A stretch of 64,000 nucleotides of DNA from an uncultured Eubacteriales bacterium. GTDB taxonomy: Bacteria > Bacillota > Clostridia > TANB77 > CAG-508. Position 1 is the stretch's first letter; the number at the start of each line of letters is the position of its first letter. Made by a program: the position numbers and the translations under genes. Shown piece after piece: positions 47,350 to 56,635 of the stretch. The stretch is taken from contig CASEIZ010000050.1 in the NCBI GenBank assembly GCA_949288185.1, positions 35,020 to 99,019 of the forward strand. The letters are read 5' to 3'. The notes beneath the pieces are model-generated. The model saw only the letters and a list, made by a program, of their open reading frames with translations, was not told where the DNA came from and made no database searches.

Positions 47350-48542
47350 TATTTGTCACCTTCCTTTCTTAATCCTAAATAACGATAAGGATTATCTATT
47401 TTTCCAGTTTTTACGATTTCTGATAAATCTGTATATACACTTTCGATGTCATCAGCTTTTGTATCTCTACCACCAATACCATATACATAGTTAACGGCAG
47501 GTACGTGAATATTGTTTACATACATAGCAGATGTAACATCTTCAAACAAAGCACCACCAGCAGCATTTAAAGAATCTGCTTTATCTAATACAGCAATGGC
47601 TTTTAGATGTGATAATGCTTTTGCGATTTCTTCAACAGGGAATGGTCTAAATACACGAAGTTTTAATAAACCTGCTTTTACACCTTGTTCTCTTAATTTG
47701 TCAACAACAAATTTGGTTGTACCAGCTGTTGAGTTCATACAAACAATAGCAATTTCAGCATCATCTAATTTATATTCTTCAAAAAGACTATATTTTCTAC
47801 CAGTCATTTTTTCAAAATCTTTTGCTACATCTAAAATCACTTGTTTTGCATTTTTCATAGCTTCTGCTTGCCCAGCTTTATGTTCAAATAGATAAGCTTG
47901 TAAATCTAATGGACCAACAGCAATTGGCTCATTTTTATTTAATAAATAATGTTCTGGTTTATATGTTCCAACAAATTCTTTGACTTTATCATCTTCAACT
48001 AGTTCTATATTTTCAATAGAATGAGAAGTAATAAATCCATCTTGACATACCATTAATGGAAGCATAACATTTTTATTTTCTGCAATTTTATGTGCCATTA
48101 AAAGGTTATCATATGCTTCTTGATTATTTTCTGAAAATAACATAATCCAACCAGCATCTCTAACACCCATAGCATCTGAATGGTCATTATGAATGTTTAA
48201 AGGTCCTGATACAGCTCTGTTTACTAAAGACATAACAATAGGTAAACGTAAACTAGAAGCAATATAGATCATTTCCCACATTAAAGATAAACCATTAGCA
48301 GATGTAGCTGTCATAGCTCTAGCACCTGCTGCTTCTGCACCAATACAAGCACTCATAGCACTGTGTTCACTTTCAACAGCAACAAATTCTGTATCGACAA
48401 GACCATTATCAACAAAAGTTGAAAAATATTGTGGGATTTCTGTTGAAGGTGTAATAGGGAAGGCTGCGACAACATCTGGATTAATTTGTTTCATAGCAGT
48501 TGCTGCTGCTTCATTACCACTTAATCTTTCTCTAATACTCAT
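47349..48542 (-). CDS. 2-oxoacid:ferredoxin oxidoreductase alpha subunit
   Basis: GNEAAATAMKQINPDVVAAFPITPST. The start could also be the GTG at 48554. Confidence 0.85.
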   Translation of the reverse strand: MSIRERLSGNEAAATAMKQINPDVVAAFPITPSTEIPQYFSTFVDNGLVDTEFVAVESEHSAMSACIGAEAAGARAMTATSANGLSLMWEMIYIASSLRLPIVMSLVNRAVSGPLNIHNDHSDAMGVRDAGWIMLFSENNQEAYDNLLMAHKIAENKNVMLPLMVCQDGFITSHSIENIELVEDDKVKEFVGTYKPEHYLLNKNEPIAVGPLDLQAYLFEHKAGQAEAMKNAKQVILDVAKDFEKMTGRKYSLFEEYKLDDAEIAIVCMNSTAGTTKFVVDKLREQGVKAGLLKLRVFRPFPVEEIAKALSHLKAIAVLDKADSLNAAGGALFEDVTSAMYVNNIHVPAVNYVYGIGGRDTKADDIESVYTDLSEIVKTGKIDNPYRYLGLRKEGDK

Positions 48543-48543
48543 A

Positions 48544-48846
48544 TTATTCAACACCTTCCTCTCTCATTTCAATAGCACCGAAAGGGCATACTTTGGCACA
48601 TACACCACAACCTTTACAGTAATCATAATTGAAATCTTTTCTTTTTAAATCTTCTTTTCCTACTGGAATGGCATCTTCTGGACAAACAGGGAAGCATAAA
48701 CCACATTGTTTGCATTTATCAGATAGAAATACAGGGTAAGAACTTCTCCAGTCACCTGTTTTAAATTCTCTTGCATTTCCAGCAGTATAAATATCTCCAC
48801 CAGGAGTTAATTTCTCCATAGGTGTGTTTGCATTTATATCTGTCAT
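48544..48846 (-). CDS. 2-oxoacid:ferredoxin oxidoreductase delta subunit (2x[4Fe-4S])
   Basis: CKQCGLCFPVCP and CKGCGVCAKVCP. SD spacing favours the ATG at 48846 over 48858. Confidence 0.8.
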   Translation of the reverse strand: MTDINANTPMEKLTPGGDIYTAGNAREFKTGDWRSSYPVFLSDKCKQCGLCFPVCPEDAIPVGKEDLKRKDFNYDYCKGCGVCAKVCPFGAIEMREEGVE

Positions 48847-48882
48847 ATTTAACCTCATTCCTTTCTTAAAATTCCTTATTGT

Positions 48883-48937
48883 ATAGAAAAAATCATCTTT
48901 TATGCATCGAAATCTTTGATTTCGTGATGCATGCTTT
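48883..48937. repeat. composite of two short repeat modules between the gamma and delta subunit genes
   Basis: ATAGAAAAAATCATCTTTT (48883-48901) is identical to the reverse complement of 52075-52093. 48909-48937 is the inverse copy of 38328-38356. Confidence 0.8.
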
Positions 48938-48939
48938 CC

Positions 48940-49521
48940 TTATTGAATTTTCTTAACTTCTTTTAAAGCCATTTCCAATGCTTTCATATTTCCTTCTATA
49001 ACCTCAGGTTTTTTAGCAAATTTATGTTTAAAAGAACCTTTCATATCTTCTAATAATTCATCATCAGTCATAATTTTACTTACTTTTACAATTGCTGCTA
49101 GCATAGGTGTATTTGGGAAGTATTTTCCTAAAGCCTCCTCTGAAATTTTTCTAGCGTCAATTGTATAAACTTCTCCAGAATATCCTTTTAACGCTTTTTT
49201 TAGATATTCAGCAGATTTTGTTGTGTTAATAACAATAGCTCCTGTGTCTTTTAAACCAGAAGTTACATCAACTGATTCTAAAAGCGTGTCATCGACAACT
49301 ACCACATAATCAGGTTCATAAATATTACTATGAATTGTGATAGGTGTCTCACTAATTCTGTTGTATGCAGTGATAGGGGCACCCATTCTTTCAGGACCAT
49401 ATTCAGGAAATCCTTGAATATACTTACCAGTATTAAAAGCTGCATCAGCTAATAATAAAGAAGCTGTTTTGGCACCTTGTCCACCTCTACCATGCCATCT
49501 AATTTCTATCATGTTATCCAT
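48940..49521 (-). CDS. 2-oxoacid:ferredoxin oxidoreductase gamma subunit
   Basis: IRWHGRGGQGAKTAS, with RBS AAGGAGG 9 nt upstream. Confidence 0.85.
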   Translation of the reverse strand: MDNMIEIRWHGRGGQGAKTASLLLADAAFNTGKYIQGFPEYGPERMGAPITAYNRISETPITIHSNIYEPDYVVVVDDTLLESVDVTSGLKDTGAIVINTTKSAEYLKKALKGYSGEVYTIDARKISEEALGKYFPNTPMLAAIVKVSKIMTDDELLEDMKGSFKHKFAKKPEVIEGNMKALEMALKEVKKIQ

Positions 49522-49610
49522 TCGTAATTGCCTCCTTTTTATTAAAATTTTACGACTTTAGTATATGCCTAAATACTTTTAATGTCAATACATTTGCTGA
49601 AAATTGAAAC

Positions 49611-50000
49611 GTTGGGGACGTGCCAAATCGTTCAAAAATTGAACAAAAGGGACAGACCATAACCTGACTGAGGTAGATCATCTATTATATAAAGTCACTC
49701 ACGATTTTGTATAAGCTAAATTTTCATAGAAATAAGAACCTGACCCGACATAGCAATCAAAGATTGCAGTCGGGTACCCCAGAACCTTGTTGTCTAAGAC
49801 AATAACACAATAAAAATGTGAGCCGCTTTCATTAAAAATGAACATCCCTCACATTTTTATTGGTTCTTTCTAAATTCAAATTTAGATACGCAAAATCGAT
49901 TCTTTCCTTTATATAATAGATGCTCCACCTCAGTCAGGTTATGTCGGGTTATGGTCTGTCCCTTTTGTTCAATTTTTGAACGATTTGGCACGTCCCCAAC
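49611..50000. repeat. 390-bp nested palindromic element filling most of a divergent intergenic region
   Basis: ~85-nt arms run from GTTGGGGACGTGCCAAATCGTTCAAAAATTGAACAAAAGGGACAGACCATAACC... to ...GGTTATGGTCTGTCCCTTTTGTTCAATTTTTGAACGATTTGGCACGTCCCCAAC. They differ by one 10-nt indel. Several inner hairpins are present. Confidence 0.9.
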
Positions 50001-50093
50001 AAAGATTTTTTAACAAATTACTTGTATAATGAAAATAATTGTGATATAAATATAAGTATAAAAATAAAGCTAAGGAAGAAAGGCGGAGTTTTT

Positions 50094-50828
50094 GTGGAAG
50101 AAGAAATGGATAGAGATCAAAAAACAATTTTAATTGTTGATGATGAACAACCTATAAGAGAAATATTAGTATATAATTTAAAAAAAGAAGGGTATAATGT
50201 TATTGAAGCAAGTGATGGAGTAACAGCACTAAATATTGCTTTAGAGCAATATCCAGACTTAATCTTGCTAGATATTATGCTTCCAAAAATGGACGGATTA
50301 TCAGTATGTAAAAGAATCAAAAATTCGTATAATGTACCAATTTTAATGCTAACAGCAAAAGATAGTGAAATAGACAAAATATTAGGACTAGAATTAGGTG
50401 CAGATGACTATATCACAAAACCATTTAGTGTTAGAGAATTAATTGCAAGAGTAAAAGCAAATTTAAGAAAAGTAGAAAATCTTGCAGTAGCTAGAATGGA
50501 TAATGATAATTCGAAAAAGAAAGAAAATAAGATTATTGTTAATGACTTAGAACTAGACTTAGATAAATTTGAAGTAAAAATTAGAGGAGAAATAATAGAT
50601 TTAACAGTAAGAGAATTTGAGGTTATTAAATTTTTAGCATCACAACCAGGACAAGTGGTTACAAGAGAAACATTGCTAGAAAAAGTTTGGGGATATGAAT
50701 ATTATGGAGATATTAGAACAGTAGATGTAACTGTAAGAAGAATAAGAGAAAAAATTGAAAAAGATACATCATCACCAAAAATATTAATAACAAAAAGAGG
50801 AGTCGGATATTATATAGCTTCTAAATAG
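50094..50828 (+). CDS. WalR/YycF-like OmpR-family response regulator
   Basis: ILIVDDE, LILLDIMLPKMDG, LMLTAKDSEIDKILGLELGADDYITKPFS, and a winged-helix C-terminus. The GTG at 50094 or the ATG at 50106 is more plausible than the ORF-track start at 50022. Confidence 0.85.
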   Translation: MEEEMDRDQKTILIVDDEQPIREILVYNLKKEGYNVIEASDGVTALNIALEQYPDLILLDIMLPKMDGLSVCKRIKNSYNVPILMLTAKDSEIDKILGLELGADDYITKPFSVRELIARVKANLRKVENLAVARMDNDNSKKKENKIIVNDLELDLDKFEVKIRGEIIDLTVREFEVIKFLASQPGQVVTRETLLEKVWGYEYYGDIRTVDVTVRRIREKIEKDTSSPKILITKRGVGYYIASK

Positions 50829-50875
50829 TTGCCAAAGGGTGCCAAAGGGGACGGGTTGTTTTGGCAACTTTTTTT
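50827..50875 (+). terminator. terminator hairpin with a GGGGACG loop (second copy of the 10338 module)
   Basis: AGTTGCCAAA pairs with TTTGGCAACT, followed by T6. It shares AGTTGCCAAAGGGGACGGGTT with 10338-10358. Confidence 0.7.
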
Positions 50876-50886
50876 GCATTGTAAAG

Positions 50887-50960
50887 AAAATGTCGCATAG
50901 ACAAACGATCCCAATGCGACAAAAAATGTCGCATAGACAAACGAACCTAATGCGACAAAA
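50887..50960 (+). repeat. two tandem 36-bp units, each a stem-loop, immediately upstream of ispG
   Basis: TGTCGCATAGACAAACGATCCCAATGCGAC (50891-50920) and TGTCGCATAGACAAACGAACCTAATGCGAC (50927-50956). Each has the stem GTCGCAT/ATGCGAC. Confidence 0.85.
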
Positions 50961-50974
50961 GAAAGGAATAAAAA

Positions 50975-52030
50975 ATGGATAGAACAAAAACAAGAAAAGT
51001 TATGGTAGGAAATGTACAAATAGGTGGACAGAATAAAGTGGTTATTCAATCTATGTGCAATACAAAAACAAAAGATGTAGAAGCAACTGTAAAGCAAATA
51101 TTAGATTTGGAAAAAGCCGGTTGCGAAATTATTAGAGTAGCTGCATTAGATATGGAAGATGCGAAAGCGATAAAAGAGATTAAAAAACAAATTCATATTC
51201 CAATTGTTGCAGACATACATTTTGATTATAAGATTGCACTAGAGGCGATAAAAGCAGGTGTTGACAAAGTTAGAATTAATCCAGGAAATATTGGAAGTGA
51301 AGATAAAGTAAAAGCGGTTGTAGATCAATGTAAGGAACATCATATTCCTATTAGAATTGGTGTTAATGCAGGTTCTTTAGAAAAGGATTTATTAGAGCAA
51401 TATGGAAAACCAACAGCAAAGGCAATGGTTGAAAGTGCCAGAAGACATATAGAGATATTAGAAAAATTAGACTTTAAAGATTATTTAATTTCTTTAAAAG
51501 CATCTAATTTAGATTTATGTATAGAAAGTTATGAGGAAGCGGCAAAAGCTTTTGATTGTCCTTTACATTTAGGAATTACAGAAAGTGGAACAGAATTTAG
51601 TGGAACTGTAAAATCTAGTATTGGGTTAGGGTATATGTTAAGAAATGGAATAGGAGATACGATGAGAGTTTCTCTTTCAGATGATCCAGTAAAAGAAATT
51701 AAAGTAGCTAAAGAAATATTAAAAGATTGTAATTTATATCATAAAGTACCAACATTAGTGGCTTGTCCTACTTGTGGAAGAACACAGATTGACTTAATTC
51801 CTATAGCAAAAGAGGTAGAAGAATTTTTAAGTACTATAGAATCAGATATTACAGTGGCTGTCATGGGATGTGCAGTAAATGGACCAGGAGAAGCAAGAGA
51901 AGCAGATATTGGAATAGCAGGTGGTGTGAAAGAAGGATTGCTATTTAAAAAAGGTGAAATTATTAAAAAAGTGCCACAAGAAAAAATAGTAGAAGTGTTA
52001 AAACAAGAAATTTTAGAGATGATAAAATAA
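50975..52030 (+). CDS. ispG: 4-hydroxy-3-methylbut-2-en-1-yl diphosphate synthase (flavodoxin)
   Basis: [21 protein letters not shown] and the C-terminal cluster CPTCGRT...[10 protein letters not shown]. Confidence 0.9.
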   Translation: MDRTKTRKVMVGNVQIGGQNKVVIQSMCNTKTKDVEATVKQILDLEKAGCEIIRVAALDMEDAKAIKEIKKQIHIPIVADIHFDYKIALEAIKAGVDKVRINPGNIGSEDKVKAVVDQCKEHHIPIRIGVNAGSLEKDLLEQYGKPTAKAMVESARRHIEILEKLDFKDYLISLKASNLDLCIESYEEAAKAFDCPLHLGITESGTEFSGTVKSSIGLGYMLRNGIGDTMRVSLSDDPVKEIKVAKEILKDCNLYHKVPTLVACPTCGRTQIDLIPIAKEVEEFLSTIESDITVAVMGCAVNGPGEAREADIGIAGGVKEGLLFKKGEIIKKVPQEKIVEVLKQEILEMIK

Positions 52031-52134
52031 GCTTAACCTTGTTGTATACGAAAAAATCTTATATAAGGTCAAGAGAAAAGATGATTTTTTCTATGCAATA
52101 AACTAGATATTGTAGAATGGGAAGGAGTAAGAAA

Positions 52135-52995
52135 ATGGAACTAATAGTGGGAAAAACAGCTGGTTTTTGTTATGGTGTAAAAAGGGCAGTAGATGGCGCA
52201 AAGGAAGAATTAAAACAAAATAAAACACTGTATGGGTTAGGAGAAATTGTGCATAATCAAGAAGTGATTAAAGAATTAGAAAATTTGGGAATGCAATTTA
52301 TTGAAAATATAGAAGAAGCTAAAGGAAAGACCATTATTCGTGCACATGGAATACCAAAACAAATATATGAAGAAACAAAAGAAAGACAAATAGAATTGAT
52401 GGATTATACTTGTCCAAAGGTATTAAACATTCATCAGATTGCAGAAGAATATGCCAATAAAGGATACTATATCTTCCTTTTAGGAAATGAAAAACATCCA
52501 GAAATTATAGGAACACTAAGTTATTGTGGAGAAAACAAATTTGTCATAGAAAAAGAAGATGATACAATAAAAGCTTTAGAAGCACTTGAGAAGTCAGAAA
52601 TAAAAAAATTATTAGTCATTTCACAAACGACATATAGTTTAGAAAAATTTTATATCATAGAAGAAATTATAAAAAATGAAATACCAAGAGATATAGAATT
52701 GGTTATAAAAAATACCATATGCCAAGCAACAGAAATCAGACAAAAAGAAACAGAGGAGATGGCCAAAAAAGTAGATTCTATGATTGTTATCGGAGGAAAA
52801 AATAGTTCTAATACTAAAAAATTATATGAAATAGCAAAACAATATTGTAAAACAGTTTTATTAATACAAAATGAAACAGAATTAGTGCTTGACAAAATTC
52901 AATCAAACGATAAAGTTGGAATTATGGCAGGAGCTTCAACACCAAGAGAAAGTATAGAAAAAGTGATAAAAAAGCTAGAAGAAGTTTCCTCTTAA
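52135..52995 (+). CDS. ispH: 4-hydroxy-3-methylbut-2-enyl diphosphate reductase
   Basis: AGFCYGVKRAV, GEIVHNQ, TCPKV and ICQAT motifs. RBS GGAAGGAG favours the ATG at 52135. Confidence 0.9.
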   Translation: MELIVGKTAGFCYGVKRAVDGAKEELKQNKTLYGLGEIVHNQEVIKELENLGMQFIENIEEAKGKTIIRAHGIPKQIYEETKERQIELMDYTCPKVLNIHQIAEEYANKGYYIFLLGNEKHPEIIGTLSYCGENKFVIEKEDDTIKALEALEKSEIKKLLVISQTTYSLEKFYIIEEIIKNEIPRDIELVIKNTICQATEIRQKETEEMAKKVDSMIVIGGKNSSNTKKLYEIAKQYCKTVLLIQNETELVLDKIQSNDKVGIMAGASTPRESIEKVIKKLEEVSS

Positions 52996-53058
52996 ATTTA
53001 GGTTAACGAGGAAATACGATATTTGTCGAACTTTGCGATGAAAAGTAAAAAAATATAG

Positions 53059-53087
53059 AAAGAACTTGTTGACAAGTTCTTTTTTTG
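53059..53087 (+). terminator. terminator after ispH
   Basis: GAACTTGT pairs with ACAAGTTC, followed by T7. Confidence 0.7.
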
Positions 53088-53299
53088 TCAGTATACTGAA
53101 AGAAATTATATAATTTTTATTCAATAGAAATTTCTATTTATCAGTTAATTTATGAATTATCAGTTATTAATTTTACCTATATTTTATTAGTTTGAATTTT
53201 TATCCAATAAAAATCCATCATTGCTCAAAAAATATTAATCAAAAATCCCGAATTTCGAAAGAGATATGAAAAGGAGGTTAATTTTAGTGCGCTAAAATT

Positions 53300-53935
53300 A
53301 TGTATATGAATCGAAAATTTGTATCAAAAAGTAATTTTGTACTAAGGAGAGTTTTAAACACAGAAGAAAATGTAGATATATTGAAAGAATTTATAGAAGT
53401 GATGCTAAATTTAGAAATAAAAGAAGCAAAAATTAATCCATACTTAGAAAAAATGAAAGAACATTTACCAGCTGAAGAAAATTTTGGTATTGCAGATTTA
53501 AGAATCAAAACAACTGAGAATGAAGAACGAAATGTAGGTATACAAATTATTGATGGAGAACATGTTTTGATAAAGATGTTATTATATTATGTACAAGTTC
53601 ATGCAAATCAATTAGAATATGATGAATATAGAGAATGTGTAAAAACAAATACCATTAATATATTAGATTTTGTATTAAATAAAGGATTAGATTATCATAG
53701 TAGAATGGTGGTAAAAGAAGAAAACATGACAGACATTATTAATGATTATCCAGAAATTCATATTTTGCAATTACCCAAATTTAGGATTGAAAAAAATAAA
53801 GACATGACATTAAAACAAGCATGGATGAGCTATTTAAAAGGAGAAAATACAGAAGAAGCAATTAAAAAAAGTAAAAAGATTAAAAAATTAGATACATTAC
53901 TTGAAAAGTATTGGAGAGAGGAGGTAATGGAATGA
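53300..53935 (+). CDS. Rpn-family (PD-(D/E)XK) recombination-promoting nuclease / putative transposase
   Basis: The pattern DILKEFIEVMLNLEI...GIADLRIKT...NVGIQIIDGEH...LLYY is typical of YhgA/Rpn. The start is uncertain (53300 or 53306). Confidence 0.6.
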   Translation: MYMNRKFVSKSNFVLRRVLNTEENVDILKEFIEVMLNLEIKEAKINPYLEKMKEHLPAEENFGIADLRIKTTENEERNVGIQIIDGEHVLIKMLLYYVQVHANQLEYDEYRECVKTNTINILDFVLNKGLDYHSRMVVKEENMTDIINDYPEIHILQLPKFRIEKNKDMTLKQAWMSYLKGENTEEAIKKSKKIKKLDTLLEKYWREEVME

Positions 53936-53936
53936 G

Positions 53937-53980
53937 AAAAACGTGCGTTAACGAAATCAAAGGATTTCGACGCACGTTTT
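53937..53980. terminator. two-tier bidirectional hairpin between Rpn and the minus-strand PBP
   Basis: AAAACGTGCGT pairs with ACGCACGTTTT. The inner hairpin CGAAATC-AAAG-GATTTCG resembles the 38328 and 48909 module. Confidence 0.75.
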
Positions 53981-53995
53981 TAGTATACATATATA

Positions 53996-56530
53996 TTAAT
54001 GAGCATCAGTCAAAGTTGGTTTTAGTGTTACATTGATAATGGTTCCTTCTTGTACAAGTTCACCTGCTGTGTAGTCTTGGATTGTAACGATTCCTGAACC
54101 AGTCACACTAATGTTTAAGTTTTTCGCTTTTAAAGCATTAGTTGCCTGTGATAAATTCATATTAGATAAATCAGGAACTTCAACAGAGGTAGCAACTGTA
54201 TCACCTTCGCCATATAACATGATAATAGAATTAGCAGCTAACTTAGCACCTGGTTTTGGATTTTGGTCTGCAACTAATGTTGAATTTGCATCACCAGAAG
54301 AAACAATTTCACAATCAAATCCAGCATCGGTAAGCACTTTTTTTGCTTCAGTAAGTGTTTTATTTCTAACATCAGGAACAGTAATCAAGTTTTCAGAACT
54401 ATTATCTTCTTCTGTTGTATCAGAAGGAACACCTAAATATGGTAATATTTCAGATAACATTTGTGAGACAACAGGAGCGGCAACAGAACCACCTTGATAT
54501 CCATATTGTTTGTTTTGAGGATCATATAAAGTAAGTAAGATGACAACTTGTGTATCTTCAATAGGAGAGATAGCAACAAATGATGAAACATATCCGTCAT
54601 CTACATTTGCTTCTGTAGGTTCAGATGTTCCAGATTTTCCTCCAATAGAATACCCAGAAACTTGAACATTTTGACCGGTACCATGTAACACAACAGATTC
54701 CATCATAGATTTTACTTCTGAAGCTGTTTTTTGAGATAAGACTTGTCTTACTTCAGTAGGCTGTGTTTCGGTAACAGCACCAGTATCTGTGTTAGTGATG
54801 GATTTGATAATATTTGGTTTCATCAAGACACCATCATTTGCAACACAAGAAATAGCGGTTATCATTTGAAGTGGTGTTACTTGGAATCGTTGACCAAATG
54901 CATATGTTGCAAGTTCAACAGGTCCAACTTCATCTAAATCATGGAAAATACTAGTTTGTTCTCCATATAATCCAGAATTTGTTGATTCAAATAATCCAAA
55001 AGCTTGGTAATATTTATATAAAGTAGAAGCCCCAATTCTTTGTGCTAATTGGATAAAAGCAGGGTTGCATGAATTTTCTAAAGCATTTGTCAAGGTTTGA
55101 GAGCCATGAGGATTATAATGTCTCCAACATTTGATTTCTCTGTCTTCAACAATTTGAGAGCCTGAACAGTAGAAATCTCCTGCCTTATTTGGTGTTGTAA
55201 TACCTTCTTCTAAAGCAACACTAGCAGTGATGATTTTAAAGGTAGAACCAGGTTCGTAACTCTCTGAAACAGATTTATTAGACCACATTTTGTATAAAGC
55301 TTCATTCTTTTCTTCAGTAGATAAAGAATCGTAGGTTTGTGCTAGGGTAGAATTTGGTGTATATGGTGAATTTAGATCATAATCTGGATAACAAGCCATT
55401 CCTAAAATATCACCTGTTTGAGGATTCATAACAATGACATTTCCACCATCTTCACATTCATATTTTTCAACAGCTTGTTCTAAGTATTTTTCAATAGTAG
55501 ATTGTACCTTTAAATCAATCGTTAATGTGATATCACTACCATTTTCAGCAGATATATAATTTTCTTCTGCATTTGGAATTTCTTTTTGACTACTATCTTT
55601 TGCACTAACAATTTTACCTGGTGTACCAGTCAAAACTGAATCCCATTTAGATTCAATTCCACTTAATCCTTGATTATCACTTCCACAAAAACCAATGACA
55701 CTAGAAGCAAGTTCACCATAAGGATAATATCTCTTTGTATCTTCATCTATGTTGATACCAACAGATATATCATTTTCATCCATCCAAGCTTCCAATTCAT
55801 CTACTTTATCTTGTTCTACTTTTTTGATAATGGTTTCTACTTGTGATTCACTGTTTACTTTTTCTAATGTTTCATTGTAATCTAGTTCGAATATATCAGA
55901 AAGGCCTTTGGCAACAGTTTCTTTTAAAGTTTTTGTTTCTTCGTCAGTGTCTCCAACAATTCTAGTAGGATTAATGGTTATGGTATCTACCTGTGCACTA
56001 ATGGCTAAAGGATTTCCAGTAGCATCATAGATATTTCCTCTTTTAGGACTAAGAATTTGGTTAATAGCTTGTTGTTGATAGGCCATTTCTGTTAGATAGG
56101 CACCATCAACAAATTGTAAATAGCCAATTCTTACTAAAAGCAAAATAAAAATGATCATAATCACAATAAATGTATTACGTAATTTGGGTGTGTAAATTAG
56201 ATTTTTAGAATCAAATTTACGATTTAAACTAATGACATTTGAATCTTTTTCTTTTTTTATTTTTGCAATGCTTTTGTTTTTTTCATTTTTAATCATTGCC
56301 ATATTCGTATTTTTGGGGTTTGTATTTTTTACTATATTTTTATCTTTTTCCTTGTTAGTTTTTTTAGAATTTTTTTCTTTATTTTTTTTCATATTTATAG
56401 GTGTTTTATCATTTTTTATATCATCTTTTGTTGATACACCGATATAAATATTTTTGTATTGCATGTCGTTTTTATTTTTCTTATTTTTCTTATTTTTCTT
56501 ATTTTTCTTATTTTTTTTATTTGTATCCAT
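53996..56530 (-). CDS. class B penicillin-binding protein (SpoVD/PBP2B family) with two PASTA domains and a K/N-rich N-terminal extension
   Basis: STFK, SCN and KSGTS motifs plus two C-terminal PASTA units. RBS AAGAGG favours the ATG at 56530 (MDTNKKNKKN...). Confidence 0.9.
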   Translation of the reverse strand: MDTNKKNKKNKKNKKNKKNKNDMQYKNIYIGVSTKDDIKNDKTPINMKKNKEKNSKKTNKEKDKNIVKNTNPKNTNMAMIKNEKNKSIAKIKKEKDSNVISLNRKFDSKNLIYTPKLRNTFIVIMIIFILLLVRIGYLQFVDGAYLTEMAYQQQAINQILSPKRGNIYDATGNPLAISAQVDTITINPTRIVGDTDEETKTLKETVAKGLSDIFELDYNETLEKVNSESQVETIIKKVEQDKVDELEAWMDENDISVGINIDEDTKRYYPYGELASSVIGFCGSDNQGLSGIESKWDSVLTGTPGKIVSAKDSSQKEIPNAEENYISAENGSDITLTIDLKVQSTIEKYLEQAVEKYECEDGGNVIVMNPQTGDILGMACYPDYDLNSPYTPNSTLAQTYDSLSTEEKNEALYKMWSNKSVSESYEPGSTFKIITASVALEEGITTPNKAGDFYCSGSQIVEDREIKCWRHYNPHGSQTLTNALENSCNPAFIQLAQRIGASTLYKYYQAFGLFESTNSGLYGEQTSIFHDLDEVGPVELATYAFGQRFQVTPLQMITAISCVANDGVLMKPNIIKSITNTDTGAVTETQPTEVRQVLSQKTASEVKSMMESVVLHGTGQNVQVSGYSIGGKSGTSEPTEANVDDGYVSSFVAISPIEDTQVVILLTLYDPQNKQYGYQGGSVAAPVVSQMLSEILPYLGVPSDTTEEDNSSENLITVPDVRNKTLTEAKKVLTDAGFDCEIVSSGDANSTLVADQNPKPGAKLAANSIIMLYGEGDTVATSVEVPDLSNMNLSQATNALKAKNLNISVTGSGIVTIQDYTAGELVQEGTIINVTLKPTLTDAH

Positions 56531-56635
56531 AGCTTCGCCTCTTTTGTTAAAAATTTGCAATTCTATTCTATCTTAAAAACATATAAAAAGCAATAAAGAC
56601 ACAGAAATTTCATAATAAAATACATAGTTATCGTT

